Of a stretch of DNA of 64,000 bases, positions 14,309 to 30,924 are shown in pieces. The first letter of the stretch is position 1. Every line of letters begins with the position of its first letter. Origin of the DNA: the human T2T-CHM13v2.0 reference genome, Homo sapiens; assembly GCF_009914755.1 (NCBI RefSeq), contig NC_060925.1. One strand, written 5' to 3'. The position numbers were made by a program, and so were the translations under genes. The notes beneath the pieces are model-generated. The model was not told where the DNA came from. It did no database searches and worked only from the letters and a program-made list of their open reading frames with translations.

Positions 14309-17140
14309 TTTTTTTTTTTCAAAATGAATTTGGTCAAAAGAAGCTGTTAAACAAATAAACAAAAAAAGTAATACACGATACAGTTAACTACTACCAGACA
14401 TGTGGAACTTAAACACCTCTTACGTTCATTGAATCATTTCAGCATGATGTTCTAGTTGAAACTCAAAATACTTGAATAATACACAGGAGTGATTTTCTGG
14501 GTGCCAGGCACTGTATTCAGTAGCTGACAAATATTAACTCAAATTAATCTTTACAACGATGCAGTATCATTTCTGTTCTGATTCCCACTTTTAGATGGGA
14601 AAACAGGCTTAGTAACTTTCCAAGGTATGTATCAAATTAAAAACACAATTTTGACTTTACAGCAAATCTCTGATGTACATTTTTGCATAAGAGCAAAAAG
14701 GTTATTCTGGAAGTTCTCATGATTTGGTTTAGGCTTAGGAAGCAGTTACAATAAACTTTTATTTATTATAATAAATGTACTATTTGTAATGGTGAAACTT
14801 TTGGTCTAAAAAGTCTAGTCTAGAGCCTCATAAAGTAAAGTAAGGTATACTACACAGATTATGTATTCTGGAAGGATAATATTACTATTTTTTACTAGTA
14901 TACAATTTCACTCTGAAGATATCCTAATAATTAGTAGAGTAAGGTCATTCTTTTCAAAAGTAGTGTTCCTGAAAATGATGCCACCCCTACATGAAACTCA
15001 ACATGCTCTTAGCCTCTCCAGACCTTACTTTTATCTCTCTGTAAACAGCAATCATGCCAGAAACTGTAGTCACCTTTGATTCCTATTTATTGCTCCCTAT
15101 AGCCAACTTGATCACCAAGTCTTACTGCTTTTTTTTTGCTAGATTTTTACAGTTTTCTACTGCCAAGGAGACCAGATCCAGACAGCGTTAGTATTGGGTC
15201 TTGAACTAACTCTTCAACCTTAACTTTTAAAAAAAAGTTTAAAAAATACTGCTCTGCATACATCTATACACTCCAACCTCCTCAAATCACTTACTTGCCT
15301 TGTTTATGACATACCATGCCCTTGCACTTCTTAAGGCCCTCTGTACCCTCTCCTAGTCATAGGCCATTCACCTTTAATAAAAATCAAACATCACTTCCAC
15401 AACAAAGCCTTCTGATGACATGAGGATACCTGCTACCTTCCACATCACTTTTAAGACTTAGACATAGGTTTCTTATGATATATACAGTGTGTCTGTTTTC
15501 CTTACTACAACAGAACTGTATTTTATTCATTCTTGTATAAACTCCAATTTTTATTTATATGCCTAGAAGATTAAATGTACTTAATGGTTTTTTTTGAATA
15601 AATTTGGAAAGGATCATCCTATAACTGCTTAAATCACAAAAAAAAAAAAACCACGAAGATTTACAAGTATCAAAGCAGCAAAGTAAACATAAAAAACAAA
15701 ATGTATCTAAATTTCTTTCTGGTAAATAATTCCATAAAAGTAAAATCCAGGCTTAAAATTTAATAGATTTGGAAAACTGTACTTGAATAGACAAAGTTGG
15801 TTGTTTTATAAATTCTTCAGTCAGTAGTAACTTAAGTGGGCAGTAATACAACAGCTGCCCTCTGATAGTGCCTGACATTTAGCAACATAGGCTTTTCTAG
15901 TCCAAAACCACTCATTTACTTTCTGAGAATAGAAAGTTGGTAAGAAATAAGGCGGCAAAGGGCAAGAATGGCTTTACTAACACAAGCATCTTACATGAAT
16001 GATCTTCTCCACAGGGGCAGGAACACTCTTCTTTACTGCCATAGCCTCAATGTCTAGAACAGCATCTAGACTTTGGCATACTCACTGTTTGCTGAATGAA
16101 TAAGTGAATTTATTTAGAAAGCTATAATAGCTTTTCTAAGAGATAAATTCAGACCCTATGTATTCTGGAAAGAAAACTCCCAAACAGATCAGTAGCGAAT
16201 TCCTTAGATTAGACATACATTCTAGGATCGCAATTTAAAAAATAAGCCATGTATGGCAAAGCTAAAACCTGGAAAAAACTTAAGCATGCTCTAGCTGACC
16301 AGGTATATCTATATCATGAGACAATTGCTATATACCTTCCAAGAATGGAAAGTAAAACCAATGGAAACTGGCAACATCAAGTATTTGGTAAAAAGACTTT
16401 ACTCTGAAGTTACTGTAATGCTGTAAATGTAGAATTAAACAGCCACAAAGAAACTACATGTTTCTGATTTCTAAGCACTTTTCAGGAAATTAATAAAATG
16501 GTTCTATTTAGAATGCTTATCTTAAATTAGAGCTTAACATTTATAACCTATAATAATTTTCCTTAGATGTTCTCTGAATGTACTTTCCTTTAAGGATGTA
16601 ACTGTAATGTACTTTCCTTTAAGGATGTACCAATCAAATGTAAATGCTCATCTTAGTCCATTCATGAGTATGTTACAGAGAACATTATGTTTTAAAAATC
16701 TGATAAAAAATAAAAATCTACGCCTAAATATATCTCTATACTATCTAACTTCATTACTTATGACTACAAAATACTTATAAAATTGAGGTTCTTTAGAAAT
16801 TAGCATAACTATGCTTTGTGGCTGACCTAATAATCAGAAATATAAAGATGCCCTATGCCAATTTAGGTCCAACTTCAAGAAGAAAGCTACCTCAACAGGA
16901 ATTTCTGACATTATTATTGCTGTCAAATGATGCCATCACTACTCAAGGCTAAACAGAATGGCAATTTTTAAATTGGACCTGGGACATAACCTTTTCCCCC
17001 TTCCTTTGCTTTGATAGTATTTTCATATATTACTTAGTTCGAGTCAATAGCAAAAATGGGGGAATTTGGAAGATGAGCTTTCTCCACAGATAAGGTAGAG
17101 TGAAAGTACTTTCATGTTCCTCAGACTGGCTCAGGTTTAT

Positions 17141-17280
17141 CTTTTTCTTTTTTTTTTCGGAGACGAGGTCCTGCTATGTTTCTCAGGCTTGTCTCAAACT
17201 CCTGAGCTCAAGCAATCTGCCTGCCTCATCCTCCCAAAGTGCTGGGATTACAGGCATGAGCCACAGGCACCCAGCTAGGC
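17141..17280 (-). mobile_element. Alu left monomer (FLAM)
   Basis: Reverse Alu left-arm consensus with polyT. Confidence 0.85.
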
Positions 17281-18221
17281 TCAGGTTTAGTATCAAATCA
17301 GTCTATTCTAGGTATTCCTTATAGTCAACACCACTTACTTTTTACTTTATTAATCTACTATTCCCTTCACTTTGGCGATTAAAAAGGTCAGTTTTGTTTA
17401 GTAAAATCCTAAAATCAATTCCACGTAATTCATGTTTAAACAAAATAATTTACATTGTTTCCTTGGAATTTACCTCTAGTCAATCATTACATAATTCTTT
17501 TATTATCTGTTTCATCTTCTAAATTCAGTTCCTTTCTTGCCATGTGCCATATTTTATCTAATTAGTTCATTTAAATGTTACTCATGTTTTAAGCCATGAG
17601 ACCATGGCTTTAGTCTCACAAGCCTACTAAGAGAATATCTCTGAGGGCTAATGTGTCCACTCACCTAAGCCAGTCAAACTTGACTCTGACAAAATAGCCT
17701 CTTCTTCCAAAATTCAAGGAAATCAGAATTCTTGGTAATAAAAGATAAACAGGGGATACTGAGTATTTTAAAATTTATAGTATAGGACACACTGCTTGGG
17801 CCCAGAGAACAGTTATTTTTTAAGTTGGAAATGTGTACTGTAAGTCCATGAAGAGCCGAAGTGGATGGAAATCTCTTTGTCCTAGCATACCAGGGTTTTT
17901 GAGAAGAGCTGCAGTAATGCCCGTAAGATGTTATGTCCCCAAAGGGAGCAGTTAAGGAAACTGCTCTCATGCCATTGCATAGAAAGGAATCAGGATACCC
18001 AGAGACCACAACTCAGAAAGCTACAAGTCAAAACATTAAGACTTATTTTAACAAAGAGCCAAATGGGATAAATCTAAACAAAAAATACGTCAAAGAAGTA
18101 TGCTTAAATGAAACTCACATGACCTAGCTCTAGGCATTCAACTCCCCTGTGCTTCATTTTCCTTTAAGGTCCTCACTCTAATGTTATAACTTTCCTTCTT
18201 TAGAGTCCCAAAGAGGATCGA

Positions 18222-19835
<1,614 letters not shown>

Positions 19836-20076
19836 ATTTTAAAATATTCTATTTCCCCTATATCAGTTGACGGAAAATAAAATATTCTAACCAGGGTGAT
19901 TTTTCAACCCAATTTATCCTATAAGTCTGATTATTTTGAATTTGACTTGAAAGTTGAAAAGTAAAAGTCATGTTCATAGCTAGATAATTAGTTTAATAAC
20001 TTGAGCTAATCAAGCTACTTAATTATATTACAGAACTAAAAAATATTTAAAGAAATGGGGAGGGGAGCAATTTTAC

Positions 20077-20154
20077 CTTACTAAATTTTGCTGCATATAT
20101 TCAATCTTCATTAAAATCTGAACCCCAGTCTGAGAGCGAATGTAGGCTTTCAAC
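20077..20154 (-). CDS. ZNHIT6: ZNHIT6 exon 8 ([25 protein letters not shown])
   Basis: TTTCAG| acceptor, |GTAAAA donor, 78 nt, phase 2-2. Confidence 0.95.
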
Positions 20155-21144
20155 CTGAAATAAAAACATCATATTGAAGGAAAAGCTGATTTTTAATATA
20201 TTTCAAGATAGTCTTATGGAGACTAAGCATTTGTACCTAATAATACTTAAAAGTTCATGTATTTAAGCATAGAAAAGGAGATAAAGATGTTTTCTAACCA
20301 GAAATCTGAAAAGAAAATAATTTTTTTCCTTTGTTCAATTAAACATCTTAAATTTTAAAACACCTGTTTCAATAAATTAATCTGGCTATATAATTTTACA
20401 AAAATGTATCCTATTCAGTGACATTTTGTCTTACTGGCAAATATATGACTAATGATAATAACTAGGTTACCAGTTATAAGGAAAGAAACTCAACTATCAT
20501 AGCTATTTTAAAGACTGCTTGATATGTGACATGGGTCTGGTTCAGTCTGGGCATGACCTTTTATCAAAAGCAAAAGAATGAGATTCAATTAGAACTGGAT
20601 TAGACATTTTAGAATCCACCCAGTCTAAATTTTAAATACCAGGTTATTCTGGAACCAAACCAAGCACTCATTCACATCCCAAGCAAGTACCATCTGGTGA
20701 AAATAAAGTCAACCGGGTTTCTGCCCAGGAGCACTAATAACTCACACTCTAATAACAATCTCCGTTTTCGAGTAGTGTCTACTATATGCTAGGTCCTGTA
20801 CTAGGAATTTCATATATGCTATTTCTTTTAAGCTTTGTAACAACCCTATCTAGGAAGTGTTATCATTCTTATTTCACTGATGAGAAAAAATAAGGCCTGG
20901 AAATTAAGTAACTTGCTCTTAATCACACAGCTAATAAGGGACAGAAACAGCTATTTTAACCCAGATATCCATGACTGAATCTTTCCACTATGTTATGTTA
21001 ACCACTTTTGTCCATGCTGTATTTCTGGACAGGAGGCAGAGTGTACTTTACTTAGTTCTATGAAGACTTGGCTGAAACAGGATTTCCTGTCTTTAAGTTA
21101 CTTGGAAACTTTTCATTTTCAGAGTTTTTCGTTCAACCTCAAAG

Positions 21145-21392
21145 GTAGTTTAGTTTAAGGGTTAAGAGTAAAGACTTTGACTCCAGACTGCCTGGGTGTG
21201 AATCCTAGCTTCCCTGTTTACTAGCTATAGGATATTACTTAACCACTTCAAGGCTCAGTTTCTCCATCTGTAAAATGGGTATAATAATAATCTACTTTTC
21301 AGAGTTATTGTGAGGATTAAATGAATTAACACATTTATTACTGTCTGCTTTGAAGAGTGTCTGGAACATAGGAAACAATGAATGTCAGCTAT
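21145..21392 (+). mobile_element. MIR
   Basis: CTCAGTTTCTCCATCTGTAAAATGGGTATAATAATA...GTTATTGTGAGGATTAAATGA core. Confidence 0.85.
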
Positions 21393-21541
21393 TTCTACAG
21401 ACAGACCTTCAGTAAACACCAAGAAAATGTGATAGAAAGTAAATTGTACTACACATCACATTCTAATAGTCATGGATGACCCTAATAAGTACATCAACAT
21501 TTTTAATTATTTCAGAAAGTTACAATATTTTTGAAGCATAC

Positions 21542-21622
21542 CTTTGACGAATTACAGGATCAGACTTTTCAGGATCAATGTAAGGTTTTAGGATTTCATT
21601 AATAGTTTTATCATCTGGTACT
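21542..21622 (-). CDS. ZNHIT6: ZNHIT6 exon 7 ([26 protein letters not shown])
   Basis: TTGTAAAG| acceptor, |GTATGC donor, 81 nt, phase 2-2. Confidence 0.95.
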
Positions 21623-22400
21623 CTTTACAACAAAGAAAAAAAAACAAGCTATATTAGTATTTATAATTTTCTACTAAAGGTGTTAATTTTGAATTATTAA
21701 ATATTGTGGCTTTTTTGGTTTAAATAACTGAACAAAGACCTTTTATATTACTCTTGGCAAAATAAAATATCATTTTAAGCAAAAATTACTTAGGAAAAAG
21801 CTCAAAAAGAGTTCTTGGACACACTTAAGGTCTTAAAAAACAACATTTTGAGAAGTTCTGTATAAATCAATTATAAAAATATGAAGCCTCTTAACACACA
21901 CCTGTACTCAAACATGAAAAGACGAGGTCAGGATAAAATATATTTGAAACTAGCAGAAATAATAAATCTGAAAAAAGGTTTCAGATTTCAGTGCATGTTC
22001 AAATTTACTCATTCTAATTTATAAGACCAAGTTAAAAAATTGATAGTAATTTCCTTGGAAACAAAACATTTTAAGTTTTCCAACTTTCTTCCATATATGC
22101 ACGCTGTTTTAAACTTATCTATAAAGCTGTATAAACAAAATTAAGACACTGTTTTAAAACAGTAACTTTCCTCAACCATTTATACATATTCATATATACT
22201 ATTGGCTACATACCCCTAGGTGTAAAATAAGTCTTTTCCTTGTATGCAACTCCAAATAACAAAGTTCTTCACTAAAATCCCTTTGACAACTACAAAGAGA
22301 GGATATTTATGTATAATATAGGAATATGCTAAATATACTACTTAAAGAGCAACTTTAAAATTTTCCTAAATCAAGGAATGAAATAGTTCACAAACATTAA

Positions 22401-22745
<345 letters not shown>

Positions 22746-22766
22746 TGACACTTGAAAATGTTTATA

Positions 22767-23082
22767 GGCTGGATGCGGTGGCTCACACTTGTAATTCCGA
22801 CATTTTGGGAGGCAGAGAGGGGAGGATTGCTTGAGGCCAGGAGTTTGAGACCTGCCTGGGCAACATAGTGAGGCCTTGCCTCTACAAAACTAAACAAGAT
22901 TAGCTGGGCGTGATGGCCTGAGCCTTTAGTCCCACCTACTTGGAGGCTGAGGTAGGAGGATCACCTGAGCCCAGGAGGTTGAAGCTGCAGTGAGCGGAGG
23001 TCCGCACCACTGCACTCCAGCGTGGGCAACAGAGCAAGATCCTGCCCCCACTCCCCTCCAAAAATAAAGAAAAAGAAAAGAA
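22767..23082 (+). mobile_element. AluJ
   Basis: Diverged Alu dimer with AluJ-type GAGGCCAGGAGTTTGAG / CCTGAGCCCAGGAGG. Confidence 0.9.
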
Positions 23083-23678
23083 CAAGTTTTAATATGAAAC
23101 AGTAACACAAAAACTTTATGCAAATTAATTCCAATGAGTACACATATATACTTCTAAAATAATGTATTTTCTGAGTGATACACTATAATGTTAATAGTAG
23201 TAATCTTTGCATGGTAGAATTTTGGGTCATTTTTCACTTCCTTAACAACCACCCAGCTGAAGAAATAGGAAACTTTCAGCCGTCTAATTCTCCTCGGATC
23301 CCTCTCCTCAATACTTGCTTTGCTGCTAAAGAAACCATCATCAGGATTTCTATGTTAATAATTTCCCTTAGAGTTAGTTCTATCACCTTTGTAGGTATTC
23401 CCAAAAGTACACTATTTAGTTTTCTGGCTTTTTTCCCCCATATTTACAATCATGTTCTCTACATTCTTCCTTAACTTGCTTTTCTTATATTATTTCTGAG
23501 ATTCATCCATGTTGATGTGCATAGCTGTAGTTCATTTTTAGTGATGTTTAGCATTTCATTGTATAAATACACCACAATTTAGTTATCCATTCTACTACTG
23601 ACATTAAGTTAACAGTTTATTTTAAATACACAGCCTTCAAATTAAAACAAATCAGTGATTGAAAGATAGCAGTGATAC

Positions 23679-23747
23679 CTTTTTTCTATGTACTCAGCTT
23701 GACTTTGAGGAAACTGGAGCTTCACATGCCAACAAAACTGTTGTTTT
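23679..23747 (-). CDS. ZNHIT6: ZNHIT6 exon 6 ([22 protein letters not shown])
   Basis: TTTTCTCTCTTAG| acceptor, |GTATCA donor, 69 nt, phase 2-2. Confidence 0.95.
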
Positions 23748-24859
23748 CTAAGAGAGAAAATAATCATGTGAGAATCAAGGTAGATAATAAAAGTCTGGAT
23801 GCAAATTGAACTTTCTAAATTTTCACTTTAAAATAATTCCAAAATTATTCTTAGACTTTAACATATATTTTCTATTAAGAGCTAATTTCTCTTGCAAGGG
23901 TTATTAAGAAAGAAAAAAAAGGGAAGCAGTTCTAAATTCCAAGGACTTCACATTTCTGAATCAGAAAGCAATTTCTCATAGTTCAGGGGCTTTTGGGAGC
24001 AGTGTGCTACTATTTGAAGTTTACAAATAAATTTCCTCATGACTAAATACAATGAGCTGATGTCTTTGCTTGACTAGTCTGGAAATTAGGTGAATGAAGT
24101 ATTGTCCGGTTGAGTCCAGCTGGCTGGAGATACACTTCTGAGGCATGAGTACGTGCATTCAGTAGCAAAACAGGAGACAACAAGCTGGTTGCTAAGCAGA
24201 ATGCACTTTGAGCTACAGTCTTTTTGCTTTCAGGTCTAAACTTTGGTTTGACATAGCATCAACAGCAATAACTCACTAAATGTCTGATTTTAGAAAAATG
24301 ACTATATTTAATATATCTAAATTTAGAGACATTGACATGATTCCTTCTTTAAAAATTCTAATGCTCAAAATATTGAATCCAATACAGAAATTTAAATGTC
24401 TTCACTACATGATGATTTTACACAATGTTTTCCTTACTTAGAAGAAATTTCTAACAATCCATTAGAGCAAGTTAATGACTACCGATATCTCCTTAAAATC
24501 TATCCCATAGCAGTAGGACCCCAAAATCTAAAATAATTTTCTTTTAATACAATCTATCTTTCACCAAACATCTATATGATTTAGTAGAATTTCTGTCAGA
24601 AGACAAAGAACATAATTTTATTGAGAACAAAGTTGAAAAGTACCCTTTACTAATCTAAAGGACAGATGTCTAAAATCTCAGAGGAAAAAACATTTAAAAA
24701 TTTGAATGCAAAAGCAACAGTTACTAGTTTTAAATAAATAATTCTTCCAAAATAAAACATTTTGCAATATTCATTATCTGTGAAATAGGAATACCATAAT
24801 AGCATTATCACAAGGCTGACTTTTTTTTTTTAATAAGAAATAAACAGATTTTGTTCATC

Positions 24860-25168
24860 TTTTTTTTTTTTTTTTGAGACGGAGTTTCGCTCTGTTGCCC
24901 AGGCTAGAGTGCAGTGGCATGATCTCGGTTCACTGCAAGCTCCGCCTCCCGGATTCACACCATTCTCCTGCCTCTCTCCTGAATAGCTGGGACTACAGGT
25001 GCTCGCCACCACGCCCGGCTAATTTTTTTTTTTTTTTTTTTGGTATTTTTAGTAGACACAGGGTTTCACTACGTTCGCCAGGATGGTCTCGATCTCCTGA
25101 CCTCGTGATCCACCTGGCTCGGCCTCCCAAAGTGCTGGGATTACAGGCATGAGCCACCGCACCCGGCC
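24860..25168 (-). mobile_element. AluY-type
   Basis: Reverse Alu with GCAAGCTCCGCC, CACACCATTCTCC diagnostics; TSD ATTTTGTTCATCT. Confidence 0.94.
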
Positions 25169-25778
25169 TCATTTTGTTCATCTTAATGCATAATATAGTT
25201 TCTTCCTAAATGTATGTTTTTTCAGGTTAACTTAGGGAAAAAAAGGATTACCAACTTGCCATCTTATGGAATTGTAAACCATACTCAATCACCCCAATTC
25301 TTGCTTGAGTAATTTCAAAAACCATTCGCCTTTTAACATTTAATACACCCTGAATACATTCAGAAAGCACTTAACATTCCAAACACAGAGAGAAAAGCCC
25401 TCGGAAATCATTTTATTTGTTGTAGTTAACTAGCTCTACTTATAACAAAGTCATTCATTGCTATACATTGCCAAATTATTGATAAAAATATTTCTATATT
25501 TGGCCTCAGCTCACACATGAACAAATCTGAAAAGTACACTAACTTTTAAAATGTGATCTTCCAATATTTCAAAAACAAAGAAAAACAGAATAATGTAAAG
25601 AACACTCAATGCACCCATATTCAGATTTAACTCATTTACAAATTGCCGTATTTTTGAGGTACTTTTATTTCTTCTAAGAAATAAAGGGCTATTGATAACA
25701 GTAGATGATTCTTTATATGTACTTTAACCCAAGGTGGGCAAACAGAAGTTGAAGGGTGTTGTATAAAGAACTGCTGGG

Positions 25779-26385
25779 GATGGGCGCAGTGGCTAAAGCC
25801 TGTATAATCCCAGCAATTTGGGAGGCCAAGGTGGGCGCATCGTTTGAGCCCAGGAGTTTGAGATCAGCCTAGGCAACATGATGATACCCCATCTCTACAA
25901 AAAATACAAAAATGAGCCAGGCATGGTGGCGTATGCCTATAGTCCCAGCTACTCTGGAGGTTGAAGTGGGAGAATCACCTGAGCCCAGGAGATTAAGGCT
26001 GCAGTGAACTGCGACTGCGTCACTGCACTTCACCTGGGTGACACAATGAGACCCTGTTTCAAAAAAAAGAAAAAATTGCTAGGCCAGGCAAGGTGGCTCA
26101 CGCCTCTAATCCCAGCACTTTGGGAGGCCAAGGTGGGCAGATCATGAGGTCAGGAGATCGAGACCATCCTGGCTCACATGGTGAAACCCCGTCTCTACTA
26201 AAAACACAAAAAATTAGTCAGGTGTGGTGGCATGTGCCTGTAGTCCCAGCTACTCGGGAGGCCGAGGCAGGAGAATCACATTGCTTGAACCCGGGAGGCG
26301 GAGCTTGCAGTGAGCTGAGATTGAGCCACTGCATTCCAGCCTGGGCGACAGAGCAAGATTCCGTCACAGAAAAAAAAAAAAAAAA
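25779..26385 (+). mobile_element. Two tandem Alus (AluJ ~25779-26072; AluY/Sc ~26082-26385)
   Basis: Two Alu dimers; second has TSD AAAAATTGCT. Confidence 0.92.
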
Positions 26386-26633
26386 TTGCTGAAATGGGTG
26401 AGTTAATTTTCTCTAAAATGGTTTCCAATTCTTCAGTATTGCTGAAATTACTGTAAGTCCTGACATGTGTTCTTCTTAAGACTGAAAGAATTAAGCTTGT
26501 TTCTCATTTTTTTATAATTATATATACAAATATATGTCCCACTTAAAAAAATATACATACATCAAAATCCTAGCAACATTACTTGGATTACTTTCTAAAG
26601 CTAGATTCCAAGAAGTACAATCACTAAGACAGA

Positions 26634-26856
26634 GCAGGGTTTCTCAATCTCAGCAGTGCTGATATTTTGGACTAGATAATTCTTTGCAAAGGACTTGGTC
26701 CTTTGCACTGCAGGACGTTTAGCAGCATCCTAGGACTCCACCCTCTAGATGAGTGTTCCACTAGGAACACTCATACACCCAGTTGTGGCCACCAAAAATG
26801 CTCCCAGAAATTGCAAATGTCCCCTGGAAGCAGAATCATCACTGTTTGAGAACCAC
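26634..26856 (+). mobile_element. MER20 (hAT-Charlie)
   Basis: CAGGGTTTCTCAATCTCAGCAGTGCTGATATTTTGGAC...TTGAGAACCAC. Confidence 0.8.
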
Positions 26857-28424
26857 AAGGATAAAGGTTTGAACATTTACAATTACTCCTAATGCATTAG
26901 AGCTACTGTTCCCTAAATTCAACAAAATGCCTTCAACTACAATAATGTCACTATACCCTTGGCATATCAACGTTCTCAAAAATGGTATTACTATACCTAG
27001 TATATTCTAGGTAACTTAGGGACTCCAAGATACCATGTTTAGAGTTGGGTGATAAGACTGGTGGAGTAATTGTGGCAACTTAATCCTTATGTTCCCTTCT
27101 GGACAATCTGACAAAGCAACAGAAACACTAACCTCTTCTGAGTCCTATGAAACCCAAGTAACTATTCATGCATAGCAAAGCTGTTTCCCTCTCCTCCTCT
27201 AAATATCAATACACACATGCATTCTCAATGAGGGCAGCATGGCCCCAAAGAGGGCAAAAACTGGTTCTCTGAAGGGCCAACAAAATCTTGCTATTTTAAT
27301 GCTTGTGGCCCTACAAAGGGCTACTGTATGCAACAGATATACAGTGTATCTATGGTATCAAAATATCACGGCAGAAAGCTCCTTGGGAGGCAATAATAAA
27401 AAAAAAGTTGAAAAATACTTAGATGGCACTTGTATTAAATGAGGAAAATAAATATTTTATACTCATTTTCAGTGAGTTAATACAGAGCACTTATTTACCA
27501 ACACTTGCTTACTAGAAACTGTTAAGGATCAGTCTCTCCGTGGCCCATTTGTTTACAAAAATAGAAAGAAAAGGGATCATTCTCTCCCACAGTTTCAAGA
27601 AAGTATGTGGATGAACACACACATTTAAGGAAAGAGGTTCTATAACCATAATCTAAATTATTCTTTTGACTTCATAACTTCAAATTGCAAATTTTCGTAT
27701 GGGGAATACTACCACAATCCCAAGGAAAAAGATGCAAATCAAAAGTCATTAGGTCCTTTTAAATGGCACTGCTCTAATGTCACAATAAGATGTTCAAATT
27801 CATTAATAACCAAAGAAATGTATATATAAATAAAATATTTTTCCTTTTCAGGTTTGTAGAAATGTTTTTTAAATTAGAAATACTAAGGAAGTGTGGCAAA
27901 AGTGTGGCAACTTCATTGCTGACAGGAATATAAATTGGTGCAAGCTACTGGTAGTTCAATTTCATAAAAGCTATAAATAAAAATTTGTAATTGAAAAACT
28001 GTATATTTTTGCCTCAATAGTTTTATTCCTGGAAATGTATCCCAAGGAAATAATTGGTCAAGTAATGATATATATATAAAATGTCCACTGCACCACTTTA
28101 TATAATAGAAAAAAATTAGAAACAACCTAAATGTACATCATCAGAAAGTTGATTAAATAAATCATGGTACATCTACATAATGAATTTTAAGTAGTCATAA
28201 AAGATGAGGCAGAACTTTATGTACTGATGTAGAAAAATGTGCATGTTGAATGATAGCCTTTATATTTAAAACACAGGTTTATACATATATTGGCAAGTAT
28301 GAAGGCCATACCCCAAACTTTTAGCTATGATTATTTCTTGACATTATAAAAGGACTTGACTTAATTTTTACCTACGAATATGTCTGTATTATTAAATAAA
28401 TCTTCCACATAATGATTTGTGGGC

Positions 28425-29104
<680 letters not shown>

Positions 29105-29822
29105 CTTAACATTCTTTTTAAACTTAAACATATTTCACTATTAGAAGTATTCATTTAAGAATTCTCTTTTGCCCCCTTTGAGAAAAAAAATATATATTTC
29201 TCTTTTTTATCTTAGAAACTAGTACTGAACCAGAACGAGGGTTACCTATCTCATCATTTTGATGGTCTCAAGGCTATCTTCCTAAGAAATGTGCCACAAC
29301 TAAGAGTTACAAACGGAGGCTAAACTCAAAGAATGAAGATTTCTAATACAAAGTTTAAAGAAGCTTGAATATTTCTGTTCTTTTTTTTTTAATCACCAAT
29401 TCTCATCCCACTCCAACACTGATTAACCAACATATACCCAAAGAACACTAACGAGAGCTCACTAGACATTAAGGACAAAGAGACCAACAAGGAGATGAGT
29501 CCAACACGGACTTCTTTTTAGGGCAGCAAGTCAATCACCAATGTTGGGCACTGCATTTTTCCCTCCATTTCACAATTTTCATATGAAAGCTTCCTGTTCT
29601 TTATTGACACTGTACATAGCAAGAAGGCTCAATATACTATAAGGTCCAGAGGTAGGATGGGGGAGAGGTTAAGTGGACTTTGCGTTTGAATCCCATTTTA
29701 ATAATTTATTTCTTAACATGTTCTTCAGCAAGAGACAATCTCTCTGTACCTCAGGCTTCTCATAGTAAAACAGGGATAACAACGGTATTTCTATCACAAT
29801 TAAATGAATAAATAATATATCA

Positions 29823-30165
<343 letters not shown>

Positions 30166-30681
30166 AATTTAGAACCCAGTACTCAAAAATGTTACTATCA
30201 AATACCGACAGTGTCTTTAAACAGAGTATTTTGCCGTGATTTCATAAGCAAACTCTATTCACATTAAACTTAGTGTTTAGTGGCTAGAGATGAAACTAGA
30301 CACATTAATACCAGATTATAAAGGGCCCTGAATGCTCTGCTAAGCAGTATGGATTCTATCTTGTAATTAATGCACCATTAACAAAGGTTTTAAAAAACAG
30401 TGAATTGAAGGGCTTACAGGGAGATTCATCATCCTACTACTTAACTCTCCTAATAAGTGTTTCCATAGTATATTCAGGACATTAACTTTTTAGCCCTTGT
30501 TTATAGTTATTAAGAGAAGTATTTCCAACTACTTTTGAGAATCACATTGACATATCATGTCAATTCAAATATGCTTAAAATTTTTACTTCTGATTTTTAA
30601 ACACAGGTGACTCCATGAGGTAAGCTAAAGCTAGACATTCCACATGTCTGTTTTCAGAATACTGTATCACTAATTACATTA

Positions 30682-30924
<243 letters not shown>

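Noticed and set aside
16577-16629. Short direct duplications (24 bp here; 21 bp at ~43538-43580; 18 bp at ~61139-61180)
   Set aside because: Ordinary replication-slippage duplications with no other signal
23670-23678. Exon 6 donor GTATCACT as a U12-type site
   Set aside because: U12 consensus is RTATCCTT; mismatches, and no TCCTTAAC branch site seen before exon 7
26751-26772. Perfect 9-bp hairpin GAGTGTTCC-ACTA-GGAACACTC
   Set aside because: Too short for an RNA gene; lies inside MER20, likely a template-switch event
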